A DNA stretch of 64,000 nt from an uncultured Chloroflexia bacterium (lineage in GTDB: Bacteria; Chloroflexota; Limnocylindria; Limnocylindrales; CSP1-4). Position 1 is the first letter of the stretch. Each line of letters starts with the position of its first letter. The stretch lies in NCBI GenBank assembly GCA_963813335.1, contig CAWEYL010000001.1:256001-320000 (forward strand). The letters are read 5' to 3'. Both the position numbers and the translations under genes were made by a program. Below, in pieces: positions 18,223-33,312 of the stretch. The notes beneath the pieces were generated by a model, which was given only the letters and a program-made list of their open reading frames with translations, did not search any database and had not been told where the DNA came from.

Positions 18223-18663
18223 ATGAACTACGAGCTGTTCATGGGCGAAGCGCTCGCGGAGGCACAGCTCGCGCGGACGCGCGGGGAGCGGCCCATCGCC
18301 GCGGTCGCCGTGGTCGACGAGGCGATGGTCGCCCGGGCCCATGACCGCGTCCAGGAGACCAACGACCCGACCGCCCACGCCGTGGTCGGCGCCCTGCGCG
18401 AAGCGGCCCGCAAGCTGGGCACGCCGAGCCTGGAGAACGTGACGATCTTCGCCACCCTCGAGCCCTGTGCGATGTGCGTCGGAGCCCTCCTCGAGAGCGA
18501 CGTCGAGGCCCTGGTGTTCGCCATGCCCAACACCCGGACCGGCGCCGCGGGGACCGTCCTGCAGCTGGCGCAGCACGAGGCGCTCGGCCGCCGGATCAAG
18601 ATCGTCAGCGGCATCCGCCGCGACGAGGCGAAGGCGCTCTTCGAGGTGTCGCCGGTCGCCTGA
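18223..18663 (+). CDS. tadA: TadA-like zinc deaminase with the catalytic Glu replaced (HAV instead of HAE)
   Basis: FM..AL.EA..A...GE.PI.AV, NDPTAHAVVGALREA, TLEPCAMC, GAAG; lies directly before tRNA-Ser, as tadA often does. Confidence 0.8.
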   Translation: MNYELFMGEALAEAQLARTRGERPIAAVAVVDEAMVARAHDRVQETNDPTAHAVVGALREAARKLGTPSLENVTIFATLEPCAMCVGALLESDVEALVFAMPNTRTGAAGTVLQLAQHEALGRRIKIVSGIRRDEAKALFEVSPVA

Positions 18664-18723
18664 GCGGCGGCCGTACCTCCGGGCCAGGCGGTCCGCCGGC
18701 AGCGGTTTGGTATCCTCTCCGGC

Positions 18724-18809
<86 letters not shown>

Positions 18810-18810
18810 C

Positions 18811-18935
18811 TTCCCGTCGTCCCGGCTCGGCCGATGCCGGCGTTGGCTCGTCCGCGCGCTCGCTCACGCACCTTCAGGTGCGCTCGCTCTCGTGCTCCTC
18901 ACCGCCTTGCCCTCGACCGCCCGGGTCGACGGGAG
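18811..18935. repeat. Dispersed hairpin repeat, copy 3
   Basis: GGCGTTGGCTCGTCCG...CTCGCTCACGCACCTTCAGGTGCGCTCGCTC; closed by TTCCCGTCG/CGACGGGAG. Confidence 0.75.
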
Positions 18936-19008
18936 GGCACGATCACGGTCCGTTGCTCGCCGCGACATCGACCACCGCCGCGGTGGGAACATGACCGTCG
19001 AGCGCCGC

Positions 19009-19096
19009 GGAGAGGTCGCCTAGTGGACTATGGCGCCGCACTGGAAATGCGGTTCGGGGCAACCCGTCGCGGGTTCGAATCCCGCCCTCTCCGCCA
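19009..19096 (+). tRNA. tRNA-Ser(GGA)
   Basis: CCGCA-CTGGAAA-TGCGG anticodon arm, variable arm, CCA. Confidence 0.95.
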
Positions 19097-19135
19097 TCTC
19101 CCCGATGTCATCGCCGCGGATCGCGGTCCGGCCCG

Positions 19136-19810
19136 ATGATCGAGATCGTCGCGCTCGAGATGGGGACCTTCACGTTCCCCGATGACGAGCCGTGGGCGGG
19201 TGAGGAGGGCGTCGCCGTGGCCTATGCCATCCGGCATCCGCAGGGCTTGCTCCTCTTCGATACGGGCTTCGGGTCCGGGGACGCCGACCTCGACGCCCGC
19301 TACCACACCGTTCCGCGGCGGCTGCCGGAGGTGCTCGCCGAGGCCGGGATCGCGGTCGGGGACATCACGGCCGTCGTGAACTGCCACCTGCACGCGGACC
19401 ACGCTGGCCAGAACGCCCAGCTGCCCGGCGTCCCGATCCACGTCCAGCCCGCCGAGTGGGAGATCGCCCACACGACGGACCACACGATCCTCGACTGGAT
19501 CGACGGGCCGGGCGTGCGTTACGAGCAGACGGCCGGCGATCACGAGGTCGCTCCCGGGATCCGGGTGATCGCGACGCCCGGCCATACGCCCGGACACCAA
19601 TCGCTGGTGCTCGAGACCGGGGAGGGGCGCACCGTCCTTACCGGCCAGGCGGTCTACTCCGTCGGCGAGTGGACGGGCGATCCCACCGCCCGCGAGGGCC
19701 GCTCGTCGGCGCGGGATCGGGATGCGTACGACCGCTCGGTCGAGCGGCTCCGGGGCCTCGCGCCGGCCCGGGTCCTCTTCGCCCACGACCGCGCGGAGTG
19801 GCGAGCCTGA
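19136..19810 (+). CDS. Metallo-beta-lactamase-fold hydrolase (AHL-lactonase-like)
   Basis: LFDTG, CHLHADHAG, TPGHTPGHQS, FAHD. Confidence 0.85.
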   Translation: MIEIVALEMGTFTFPDDEPWAGEEGVAVAYAIRHPQGLLLFDTGFGSGDADLDARYHTVPRRLPEVLAEAGIAVGDITAVVNCHLHADHAGQNAQLPGVPIHVQPAEWEIAHTTDHTILDWIDGPGVRYEQTAGDHEVAPGIRVIATPGHTPGHQSLVLETGEGRTVLTGQAVYSVGEWTGDPTAREGRSSARDRDAYDRSVERLRGLAPARVLFAHDRAEWRA

Positions 19811-19848
19811 GGACGCGCCTCGGGCGGCAAACCGGGTATCCTTCGCGA

Positions 19849-20113
19849 GCCGTGCTAGGCGGGGAACTAGCGGTGCCCTGTACCTGCAATCCGCTCCAGC
19901 AGGGCTGAATCCCCTCCCGAGGTCTCCGTCTTCGAACGCTGCCCGACGAGCGACGTTGAGGACCGGGTCCCGCGCAGCGGCGAACCGCGAACCGTGTCAG
20001 GTCCGGAAGGAAGCAGCACTAAGCGATCATCGCCGAGTGCCGCGGAACGGCCTGGTCCGAGCCGCTCGTCATGGTGGGCACGGGGACGACCTGGTCGACG
20101 GAGGGTGCACGGC
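19849..20113 (+). ncRNA. ffs: Large (Alu-domain) signal recognition particle RNA
   Basis: GCCGTGC...GCACGGC terminal helix, Alu-like GCGGTGCCCTGTACCTGCAATCCGC, helix 8 TCAGGTCCGGAAGGAAGCAGC; upstream of dnaX. Confidence 0.92.
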
Positions 20114-20148
20114 ACTTCGATCCAGCGCGCCCAAGATCGGAGCCGCTC

Positions 20149-21829
20149 TTGACGTCAGCCGTCCCGCACCAGGCCCTCTACCGCCGCTGGCGAGCGCAGA
20201 CGTTCGCCGAGATCGTCGGCCAGGAGGCCGTCGTCGAGACGCTGCGCAACGCCGTCCGGACGGGGCGGGTCTCGCATGCGGTCCTCTTCGTCGGGCCGCG
20301 CGGCACGGGCAAGACCTCGCTCGCGCGGATCCTGGCCAAGGCGGTCAACTGCACGGACCTGCGCGACGGCGACGCCTGCGACGTCTGCCCGTCCTGCGTC
20401 GCGATCCGCGAGGGCACGACCCTCGACCTCGTCGAGATCGACGCCGCGAGCAACCGAGGCATCGACGCGGTCCGCGACCTGCGCGAGCGCCTGCCGTATC
20501 CGCCGGGCGAGCTGAAGCGCAAGGTCTACATCCTCGACGAGGCCCATCAGATCACGAAGGACGCCTGGAACGCGCTCCTGAAGTCGCTCGAGGAGCCGCC
20601 CGACTTCGTGGTCTTCATGTTCGCCTCGACCGAGCCGTCGGGCTTCCCGCCGGCGATCCTCTCGCGCCTCCAGCGCTACGACGTGCGCCGCCTGACGATC
20701 CCCGAGATCGAAGGCAAGCTCGCGCGCATCCTCGAGGCCGACGGGCGCACCGCCGAGCCGGCCGCCCTCTCGCTCATCGCCCGCCTCGCTGCCGGCGGGA
20801 TGCGCGACGCCGAGTCGATGCTCGACCAGCTCTTGTCGGCAGCTGCCGACGACATCGATGAACGGCGGGTCCGCGACCTGCTCGGGCTCGCCGACGCCGA
20901 CACCGTCGACGCCTTCATCGACGCGCTGGTCGCTGGTGATGCCGCGACCGGCATCGCGCTGCTCGACGCGCTGGAGGAGCACGGTCGGGACACGCGGACG
21001 TTGCTCGACCAGACGATCGACGCGATCCGCGCGCGGCTCGTGGCCGACCTCGCGGCCGGCGACGCGGCGGCTGTGCCGGGCCTCGCCGATGCGGCGCGCC
21101 GCCTCGCCGCGATCGACCCGGAGCGCGCTGGCGTCGGTGGCCTCCGGCTCCAGCTCGAGCTCGCGCTGTTCACGGCACCGAACGCCGAGGGCCCGCCGGC
21201 GGCACGGGCGACCGCGCCCACCGCGGCCGCCGCACCGGCCGTCAAGCGCTCGGCACCGGCAGCCGCGGCAGCCCCGGCACCAGCCACCGAGGCCGAACCG
21301 ATCCAGGCCGAACCCGCCGCAGAGGCCGAGCCCGAACGGGTCCCGACCGTCGTGGCGCCGGAAGCCGCCGCCGCAGAGCCGACGCCCGTGATGGACCCGC
21401 CGCCGGCCAAGCTCGAACCGGTCACGTTCGTCACCGATCCCGATCCGGTGCCGGCCCCCGCCGTGGCGGCCACGGCCGTATCGGCGGAGGTCGGTCCGGA
21501 CCTGGCCCGGCTGCGCGACGGCTGGCCAGCCATCGTCGCCTCGGTCCAGCCCGCGGTCCGCGCCGTCATCAACGAATGCCGCCCGATGGGCGTCGACGGC
21601 AACGTCGTGACCCTCGGGTTCCCCGAAAGCAAGGGGTTCCTCAAGGACATCGCAGAGCGTCGACGACCTGAGCTCGAGGCCGCGATCGGCGGTCTCCTCG
21701 GTCGCGATGTCAACGTCCGCACCGTCGCCACCAACCTTGAGCTCGTCCCGCCGGCGGCCGACGACCTCGGTGGCCGAGGCACGGCGGATCTTCGCCGACG
21801 ACCTCGCCGACGTCGGCGAGGTCCGCTGA
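20149..21829 (+). CDS. dnaX: DNA polymerase III gamma/tau; +1 frameshift near the C-terminus (~21769)
   Basis: ALYRRWR, GPRGTGKT, EIDAASN, DEAH, GGMRDAES; removing one G gives ...DDLVAEARRIFADDLADVGEVR and stop. Confidence 0.93.
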
Positions 21830-21905
21830 CCCGCACCACGGGCGTGTCAGCAGCCGACCCGGACTTCCGCCAGACTGACCCGAACACCTGAGGAGGAGCG
21901 AGCCC

Positions 21906-22211
21906 ATGGGGATGGCGAATCTGCAGCGGATGGCCCAGCAGATGCAGCAGGAGATGCTGCGGGTCCAGACTGAGCTGGAAGCGACGATCGTCGACGGCTC
22001 CGCCGGCGGCGGCGTCGTCACGGCCCAGGCGACCGGCAAGCAGGAGCTGGTCAGCATCACCATCGACCCCTCGGCGGTCGACCCGTCCGACGTCGAGATG
22101 CTCCAGGACCTGGTCCTCGCCGCCGCCAACGACGCCCTTCGTGCCTCGCGCGAGCTCGCCGAGCAGAAGATGGCGGCGGTGACCGGCGGGATGCGCATCC
22201 CGGGGATGTAG
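21906..22211 (+). CDS. ybaB: YbaB/EbfC nucleoid-associated protein
   Basis: AQQMQ, GSAGGGVV, DVEMLQDLVLAA.NDA; between dnaX and recR. Confidence 0.93.
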   Translation: MGMANLQRMAQQMQQEMLRVQTELEATIVDGSAGGGVVTAQATGKQELVSITIDPSAVDPSDVEMLQDLVLAAANDALRASRELAEQKMAAVTGGMRIPGM

Positions 22212-22224
22212 GGCTCGCCCCAAC

Positions 22225-22843
22225 GTGGCCACGCCCCTCATCGAACCTGTCGCCCGGCTCATCGAGTCGTTCGCGCGCTTGCCCGGGATCGGCCCGAAGA
22301 CCGCCCAGCGCCTGACCTACCACCTGCTGCGGGCCCCAGATGCGGAGGCACGGGCGCTCGCGGCGGCGCTCATCGACGTCCGTGACAAGGTCGTCTTCTG
22401 CGAGCGCTGCTTCAACATCAGCGAGGCGGCGCTCTGCGCGATCTGCCGGGATCCTGCCCGCGACCAGACCCGGCTGTGCGTGGTCGAGGAGCCGCTCGAC
22501 GTGCTGGCCCTCGAGCGCACGGGTGAGTTCAAGGGGCTGTACCACGTCCTGCACGGCGCGATCTCGCCGATCGACGGCATCGGCCCGGACCGACTGCGGA
22601 TCCGCGAGCTGCTCGCCCGCGCCGACGACGCGAAGCGCGACGGCGACGCCGTTCGACGAGGTCATCGTCGCCACCAACCCGACCCTCGAGGGGGAGGCGA
22701 CCGCGATGTACCTGGCGGAGCGCCTCGAGTCCACCGTCGGCCTCGTCAGCCGGATCGCACGCGGCCTGCCGGTCGGCGGCGACCTCGAGTACGCCGACGA
22801 GGTCACGCTGATCCGGGCCCTCCAGGGCCGGCGGGCGGTCTGA
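22225..22843 (+). CDS. recR: Recombination protein RecR; +1 frameshift at ~22645
   Basis: [13 protein letters not shown]4 zinc finger and [10 protein letters not shown], then [16 protein letters not shown] and [12 protein letters not shown] in the next frame. Confidence 0.93.
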
Positions 22844-22848
22844 CCGCC

Positions 22849-23035
22849 ATGAGCAACCTCGTCTACGAGATCCTGCTCCGGCTCGCCAAGGCCGGGGCCG
22901 CCGCGCTCCTCGGCCTCGTCCTCTACCTGGTGCTCACGCGGACCCTTCTCGGTGGGCGGGTCGGCGGAGCTCGCCCTGCTCTGCTGGCTGAGTGGCGCGG
23001 CGTTCATCCTGCTCGTGGAGACGAGCCCGATCTGA
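22849..23035 (+). CDS. Small two-helix membrane protein (frameshifted in the assembly)
   Basis: MSNLVYEILLRLAKAGAAALLGLVLYLVLT, then GSAELALLCWLSGAAFILLVETSPI and stop in a shifted frame. Confidence 0.55.
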
Positions 23036-23051
23036 GCGCGGCCGGGGTCGT

Positions 23052-23235
23052 TTGACGGAACTCCGGGGCCGCCCCTACCATTCGCCCTCGTGCCACCCCA
23101 CGGGGTGCGCGCGGAACGGGTCGCCGGTCCCCGGTGGCCCTCGGTCGCTGGTTTGACACCAGGGCCGCCAAGCCCCATCATTCGGGGTCTGCGCCGCAGG
23201 CCGTTTCGCCTTGGACGCTGCACCTTAACAACTGA
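23052..23235 (+). promoter_or_regulatory. Tandem rrn promoters and boxA-like site
   Basis: TTGACG-18-TACCAT (23052-23081), TTGACA-17-CATCAT (23153-23181), and GCACCTTAACAACTG (~23220, repeated at ~25451 before 23S). Confidence 0.7.
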
Positions 23236-23316
23236 AGAGTGACAGGAAATCCGTGATAAGGATGTGCGAGTGGTCGAACCCTCGGAACGAAGTCGCCATC
23301 GCAAGATGGCGCGTTT

Positions 23317-24819
<1,503 letters not shown>

Positions 24820-25076
24820 GGGAGATCCGAGTCTCGACCTTTTGGTGGGGTCGAGGCGTTGATGGCTCCTAGGGTTGATCGCCCGGTCGCTCGAGTCTTC
24901 CCCGCCAGGTGGAGCTCGCTGACCCGGACCGCAAGGTCCATGTCAGAGACCGATCGCGACCTGGAAAGACACCGAAACCCATTCGGACATCCGCGTCCGG
25001 AGTTCCTGTCACTCTTCAAGGGTCAAGGTGCAGCTGCCCGCGGCGACCTCGGTCGCCAGGCATCGCTGCCCGCGGC

Positions 25077-25153
25077 GGGCGTTTAGCTCAGCTGGTTAGA
25101 GCACTGCCCTGATAAGGCAGAGGTCTCTGGTTCGAGTCCAGAAACGCCCACCA
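25077..25153 (+). tRNA. tRNA-Ile(GAT)
   Basis: CTGCC-CTGATAA-GGCAG arm in the ITS, CCA. Confidence 0.97.
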
Positions 25154-25172
25154 CCACCCACCCCACCGGCGC

Positions 25173-25248
25173 GGGGACGTAGCTCAGTCGGCAGAGCATC
25201 TCCTTTGCAAGGAGAGGGTCAGGAGTTCGAGTCTCCTCGTCTCCACCA
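25173..25248 (+). tRNA. tRNA-Ala(TGC)
   Basis: TCTCC-TTTGCAA-GGAGA arm, G3:U70 pair, CCA. Confidence 0.97.
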
Positions 25249-25570
25249 GCTCTGACGTCGTGCCGGTGTCGCAAACACGAATAACGAATGATCCCAGCGG
25301 TCTCGCTTAGGCGGGCCCGACGCGGATCCAGCACCATCATCGATCCCCTGATCCGTGCCCTGTCGTCTTCGGCAGGCCACCGACCAGCGGAACGCTGGAC
25401 GAGGGAACGGCTTCGGCCGGCCCTTCGGGAGGTCCGTCTTCGGGCGGGCCGCACCTTAACAACTGGAATGTGTTTCGGCAGATTGAAGATCTTCGATTTC
25501 GCCGAGTAGTCAAGGAAATGATCCCGATCGATCCCGTCCGCGACTGACCACCTGGTCAGAGGCTGGAGGG

Positions 25571-28638
<3,068 letters not shown>

Positions 28639-28790
28639 TCTTCAGCAACTGACCAGGGGTCAGTGGCTGGGATGATCGTGATCATCCATCCTTGACGACT
28701 CTGAGATCGAAGATCTCCTTGGCGCCCCGCGTGCGTCCCTCGTGGACCTCGCGTCGAGCCGCTGCCGAACACGAACCAGTACGCAGAAGA

Positions 28791-28908
<118 letters not shown>

Positions 28909-28986
28909 TTTTTGCGTTTCCGGGGGTCACCACGACGGTCCCGATCGACGGGACCCGCTGGGCCCCTCGGCTATCCTTCCTGAACC

Positions 28987-29817
28987 ATGACCGCCGATCC
29001 GCACGTCCCGGATGCGCCTGACGCTGCCGCCGATCCGCCGACCGTGTCCGCCGATCCGGCCACGGCGCCAGCGGCAGCCGTCGCGCGCGCGATCGATCCG
29101 GTCAAGACCATCTGCCCGTACCTGCTGTCCGCGGACGGGGCCTGGCGGAGCTCGACCGCGGCCCGCGAGCACCGCTGCACCGCAGTCTCGCCGCCAGCTC
29201 CGCTCGCCGCCGAGAAGCAGCGCCGGCTCTGCCTGACCGTCTCCCATGGCGCGTGCGCCACCTACGTCGCGGCGATGGAGGCGCGCACGGACGGACATCG
29301 CGAGACGCCGACCCGACGCCCGGTCTCCCGCACGACCCCGGTCGTCCTCGACCACAGCCGCCTGGCCGTCGCCATCCCGGCCATGAGCCGCTCCCCGTCG
29401 GTCGGGCAGGCTGCGCTCGTCGCCCTGCTCGCGGTCGCCTTCGTCGCCGTCCTGGTGGCTCGCCTCGCGTCCGGCGGCGGTTCATCGCCCGGCGGGCTCG
29501 TGTCGCAGGGGTCCCCGACGCCCGCCGCGCAGGCGACGGAAGGTGCCGCGGCGACCCACGCCGCGACCCCGAAGCCGAGCGCGCGCGCGACCCCCGTCCC
29601 GCAGGAGACCGTCGAGCCGAGCCCGACCCTGGTGCCGACCGAGGTCAGCCCGAGCCCGTCCGCCAGCGACCGACCGGCCACCTATATCGTGAAGCGCGGC
29701 GACACCCTGAGCGGGATCGCCGCCACCTTTGGGACGACGGTGAAGAAGCTGGTCGCCCTGAACAAGATCGCCGACCCCTCGAAGCTGCACGTCGGCCAGG
29801 TCCTGAAACTGCGCTGA
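28987..29817 (+). CDS. Membrane-anchored LysM protein with N-terminal Cys/His cluster
   Basis: CPYL...HRC...LCL...HGAC, one TM helix, Pro/Thr/Ser linker, [13 protein letters not shown]...N.I..P..L.VGQ.L. Confidence 0.85.
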   Translation: MTADPHVPDAPDAAADPPTVSADPATAPAAAVARAIDPVKTICPYLLSADGAWRSSTAAREHRCTAVSPPAPLAAEKQRRLCLTVSHGACATYVAAMEARTDGHRETPTRRPVSRTTPVVLDHSRLAVAIPAMSRSPSVGQAALVALLAVAFVAVLVARLASGGGSSPGGLVSQGSPTPAAQATEGAAATHAATPKPSARATPVPQETVEPSPTLVPTEVSPSPSASDRPATYIVKRGDTLSGIAATFGTTVKKLVALNKIADPSKLHVGQVLKLR

Positions 29818-29832
29818 CCGGCGTCCCGCGCG

Positions 29833-30709
29833 TCAGCGCTGGCAGCCCCGGCAATACGACGTGATGAACCCGCCCGCGCGGACCTCGGTGATCTTCGTCC
29901 CACACCTGGGGCACGCCTGGCCGCCCTTGTCATGGACGGCCAGGAAGTCGCGGACCTGCTTCTCGAACGTCGGCGGGACCCGCGCCCGCAGGACCTCGAT
30001 CGCCGCGGCCAGGGTCGTCCGCGTCGCGTCGTAGAGCGCGTCCACCTCCTCGGCGGCCAGGCTGGACCGCTTGCGGAAGGGCAGGAGCGCGGCCGCGTGG
30101 AGGATCTCGTCGCTGTAGGCGTTGCCGATGCCGGCCACGAACGCCTGGTTCCGGAGCAGGTTCTTCAGCTCGCCGGGGTGACGCCTGATCCGCTCGCGCC
30201 AGACCTCGATGGTGAGGGCCGGGTCGTCCGCGTCGGGACCCTGTTCCTCGCCCCCCAGCCCGGCCACCGGCCGGTCGACGCCGGCCGGCTGGAGGTAGAC
30301 CTTGCCCATCTGGGTCGGGTCTCGATAGCGGACCTCGGGGGTCGCGTCGTCACGGCGGCAGCCAGGCCGCCCCCGACGTCCAGGCGGCCGCGTCGCGTGG
30401 ACCTCGGACGCGGCCGTCGAACCCGAGCACGACGGCGGTCTTGCCCGGCTGCTTCTCCTTCGGATCGGCGAGCTGGAAGCGACCGGTGAGCATCGGGTTG
30501 ACGACGATGCGGTCGCGGTCGAGGTCGACCAGCAGGAACTTGCCCCGCCGACGGACCGAGGTCACGCGCTGCCCGACGAGGGCCGCCAGCTCGGCGGGCG
30601 TGCCGCGGACCGCGAGCGGGGCGACCGCGGTCGCCGAGCGGATCGTCCGGCCGGCGAGGCCCGCATGGAACGCCTCGGCGACGACCGTCAGGTCCGGCAA
30701 TTCGGGCAC
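29833..30709 (-). CDS. Fpg/Nei family DNA glycosylase; +1 frameshift at ~30353
   Basis: PELPD, RRGKFL, MLTG, GIGNAYSDEIL (H2TH), CPRC...CRGCQ zinc finger. Confidence 0.88.
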
Positions 30710-30916
30710 AGTCGGCCGATCGTAGCCGATTGTTGGGCTCGGAAGGCGTGTGCTAGACTCTCCCGGCCCTCGGGGCCACCAACAGCTGAAGAGCGACGAG
30801 CCAGCCCTATCGCGCACGAAGGAGCGGACCGCGGAGTCGATCACCACGGACCACTTGATCGGATCGGAGACGGCTTGAGCGTTGCTCGGGCCGTTCGTGA
30901 TTCTGGGGCCAAATCC

Positions 30917-33156
30917 ATGACAGGAGCACCCATCAAGTTGACCGAAGACACATCGGGCGGGACCGCGCCGCAGCCGGAGGCGATTGACGCCACCGACGAA
31001 GCGACGCCAGAGACCGCCGTCGCGGTGACCACCGCCGACGAGCCCGCCACCTCGCCGGACGCCCCCGAAGCGCCCGCCGACCCCGCTCCCGACGCCATCG
31101 AGGCTGTCGCCGAGACCCCGGCCGCCGAGCCGGAGGCCGGCGGCTCGCCGAGCCGGAGGTCGTCGCCGAGCCGGAGGTCGTCGCTGCCGAGCCGGAGGTC
31201 GTCGCCGCCGAGCCGGAGGCCGTCGCCGAGCCGGCGCCCGAGCCCGTCGCCGAGACCCCGGAGCCGGACAGCGTGATCAGCGCCGACGAAGCCGCCGATG
31301 CCCCGGCCGCGGCCGAGGAAGAGGAGCCGGTCGCCGCGGTCCGCGAGCTCGGGCCCGAGCCGACGACGATGGAGGAGCTCCTCGCCGAGCAGGACTCGGA
31401 CATCAAGAGCTTCAAGCACGGCGACGTCGTCGAAGGCACCGTCGTCCGCATCGACAAGGACGAGATCCTCGTCGACATCGGTGCCAAGAGCGAAGGTGTC
31501 GTCAGCAACCGCGAGCTGTTCGGCCGCCATGGCGAGGGCCAGCCCGAGCTCAAGATCGGCGACACCGTGCTCGTGTACGTCCTCCAGCCGGAGTCGCCGG
31601 AGGGCCATGTCGTCCTCTCGCTCCGGCGCGCCGGCCTCGAGCGCAAGTGGCGCGCGATGCAGGAGCAGTTCGAGGCGGGCGTGATCATCGAGGCGCCGGT
31701 CATCGACCACAACAAGGGCGGCCTCATCGTCGACTGCGGGATCCGCGGGTTCGTGCCGATCAGCCAGATCGTCGACTTCCCGCGCCGACCGCAGAACGAC
31801 CAGCCGCGCGACGCCGCCCAGGAGATCGCGGAGAAGCTGCAGCCGTTCGTCGGCCGCAAGCTCCGGCTCAAGATCCTCGAGGTCAACCGCAAGGCCAACC
31901 GGCTCATCCTGTCCGAGAAGGTCGCCCTCTACGAGGAGCGCCGCGAGAAGCGGGACGAGCTGTTCAGCAGCCTGCAGGTCGGGCAGACCGTCAAGGGCAC
32001 CGTGCGCTCGATCGCGCCGTTCGGCGTGTTCATCGACCTCGGTGGCATCGACGGCCTGGTCCACAAGAGCGAGCTCAGCTGGAACAAGGTCAACAACCCC
32101 GAGTCCGGCTACAAGGTCGGCGAGGAGGTCGAGGCCGAGGTCATCGACATCAACCACGAGCGCGGCCGGATCAGCCTGTCGATCCGCCGCCTGCAGCCCG
32201 ACCCGTGGCATTCGACGGTCGCGGACTTCAACGTCGGCGACATCATCGACGGCACGGTCACGAAGCTCGTGAACTTCGGAGCGTTCGTCCGGGTCCGCGA
32301 CGGGCTCGAGGGCCTGATCCACATCAGCGAGCTCTCGCACCAGCGGGTCGCCCATCCGGCCGATGTCGTCCACGAGGGCCAGCAGCTCAAGCTCAAGATC
32401 ATCTCGCTCGACTCCGAGCGCCATCGCCTCGGCCTCAGCCTGAAGCAGGCGGAGGAGCCGCCGGCCCGCCCGGCGCCCGAGCCGGTCGCGTCCGGGACCG
32501 GAGCGCCCGCCGCGCCGCGCGCGGAGCGTCGGCCCCGCCAGGAGCGCGGCTACTCCATGTCGGACGCGATCCAGGAGCCCGAGGGCGGGATCGACAACAC
32601 CCTGGCCTCGGCCTTCGCCCAGGTCCGCCAGCAGCTCGCGGAAGCCGAGATCGGCGAGACGGCCGACGCCGTGGATGCCGTCGAGGCTGCCGAGGAGACC
32701 GAAGCCGCCGCCGCCGTCGACGAGGTCGTCGAGACGGTGGCCGCCGACGAAGTCGCCGAGGAAGCGGCCGCCACCGAGGCGATCGAGGAGATCGTCGAGG
32801 CCGTGGTCGCCGACGAGACCGAGCTCGAAGCCGCCGCCGCGGTCGAGATCGACAAGCTCAGCGACGCGGCCGACGCGAACGAGGCCAACGTCGAGCCCGC
32901 GTCGGAGGCCGCGACCGCGGTGATCGACGAGGTCGTCGAGACCGAGGCCGCCGAGGAAGCCGCCGCGGCCGACGCGATCGAGGAGATCGTCGAGGCCGTC
33001 GCTGCCGACGAAGCGGCCGAGGAGGCCGGCGCGTCGGACGCCATCGAGGAGATCGTCGAGACGGTCGCGGCCGACGAGGCTGCCGTCGAAGACGCCGCCG
33101 CCGAGCAGGTCGAGGAGATCGCCCGGGAGACGATGGAGGCGAACACCAAGGGCTGA
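30917..33156 (+). CDS. rpsA: 30S ribosomal protein S1 (four S1 domains) with acidic repetitive N- and C-terminal extensions; frameshift at ~31140
   Basis: VDIGAKSEG, NKGGLIV, FGVFIDLGGIDGLVHKSELSW, FGAFV...EGLIHISELS. Confidence 0.92.
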
Positions 33157-33175
33157 CCTCCGTCGCCCATCCACC

Positions 33176-33205
33176 AACGACCCGCCGGTCCCCGGCGGGT
33201 CGTCG
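33176..33205 (+). terminator. Hairpin after rpsA
   Basis: ACGACCCGCCGG-TCC-CCGGCGGGTCGT. Confidence 0.55.
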
Positions 33206-33312
33206 TGATTCCGGGGACAGGGTCCGCGGCAGACCCCGCGCAGGGGAGGGTGCTAGCATGCCCGAAAGCGTCACGCCCGTGACGCTCGGCAAGGGAACAG
33301 ACGTTCGACCCG

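Noticed and set aside
19136-19810. Metallo-beta-lactamase as an antibiotic resistance gene
   Set aside because: No signal peptide, and the motifs fit generic lactonase-like MBL-fold hydrolases.
20071-20148. N-terminal extension of dnaX in the ORF track
   Set aside because: It overlaps the 3' end of SRP RNA; TTG at 20149 fits the conserved ALYRRWR start.
21760-21891. Programmed dnaX frameshift producing gamma/tau
   Set aside because: The break is at the extreme C-terminus, has no A-rich slippery site, and matches the other insertion errors.
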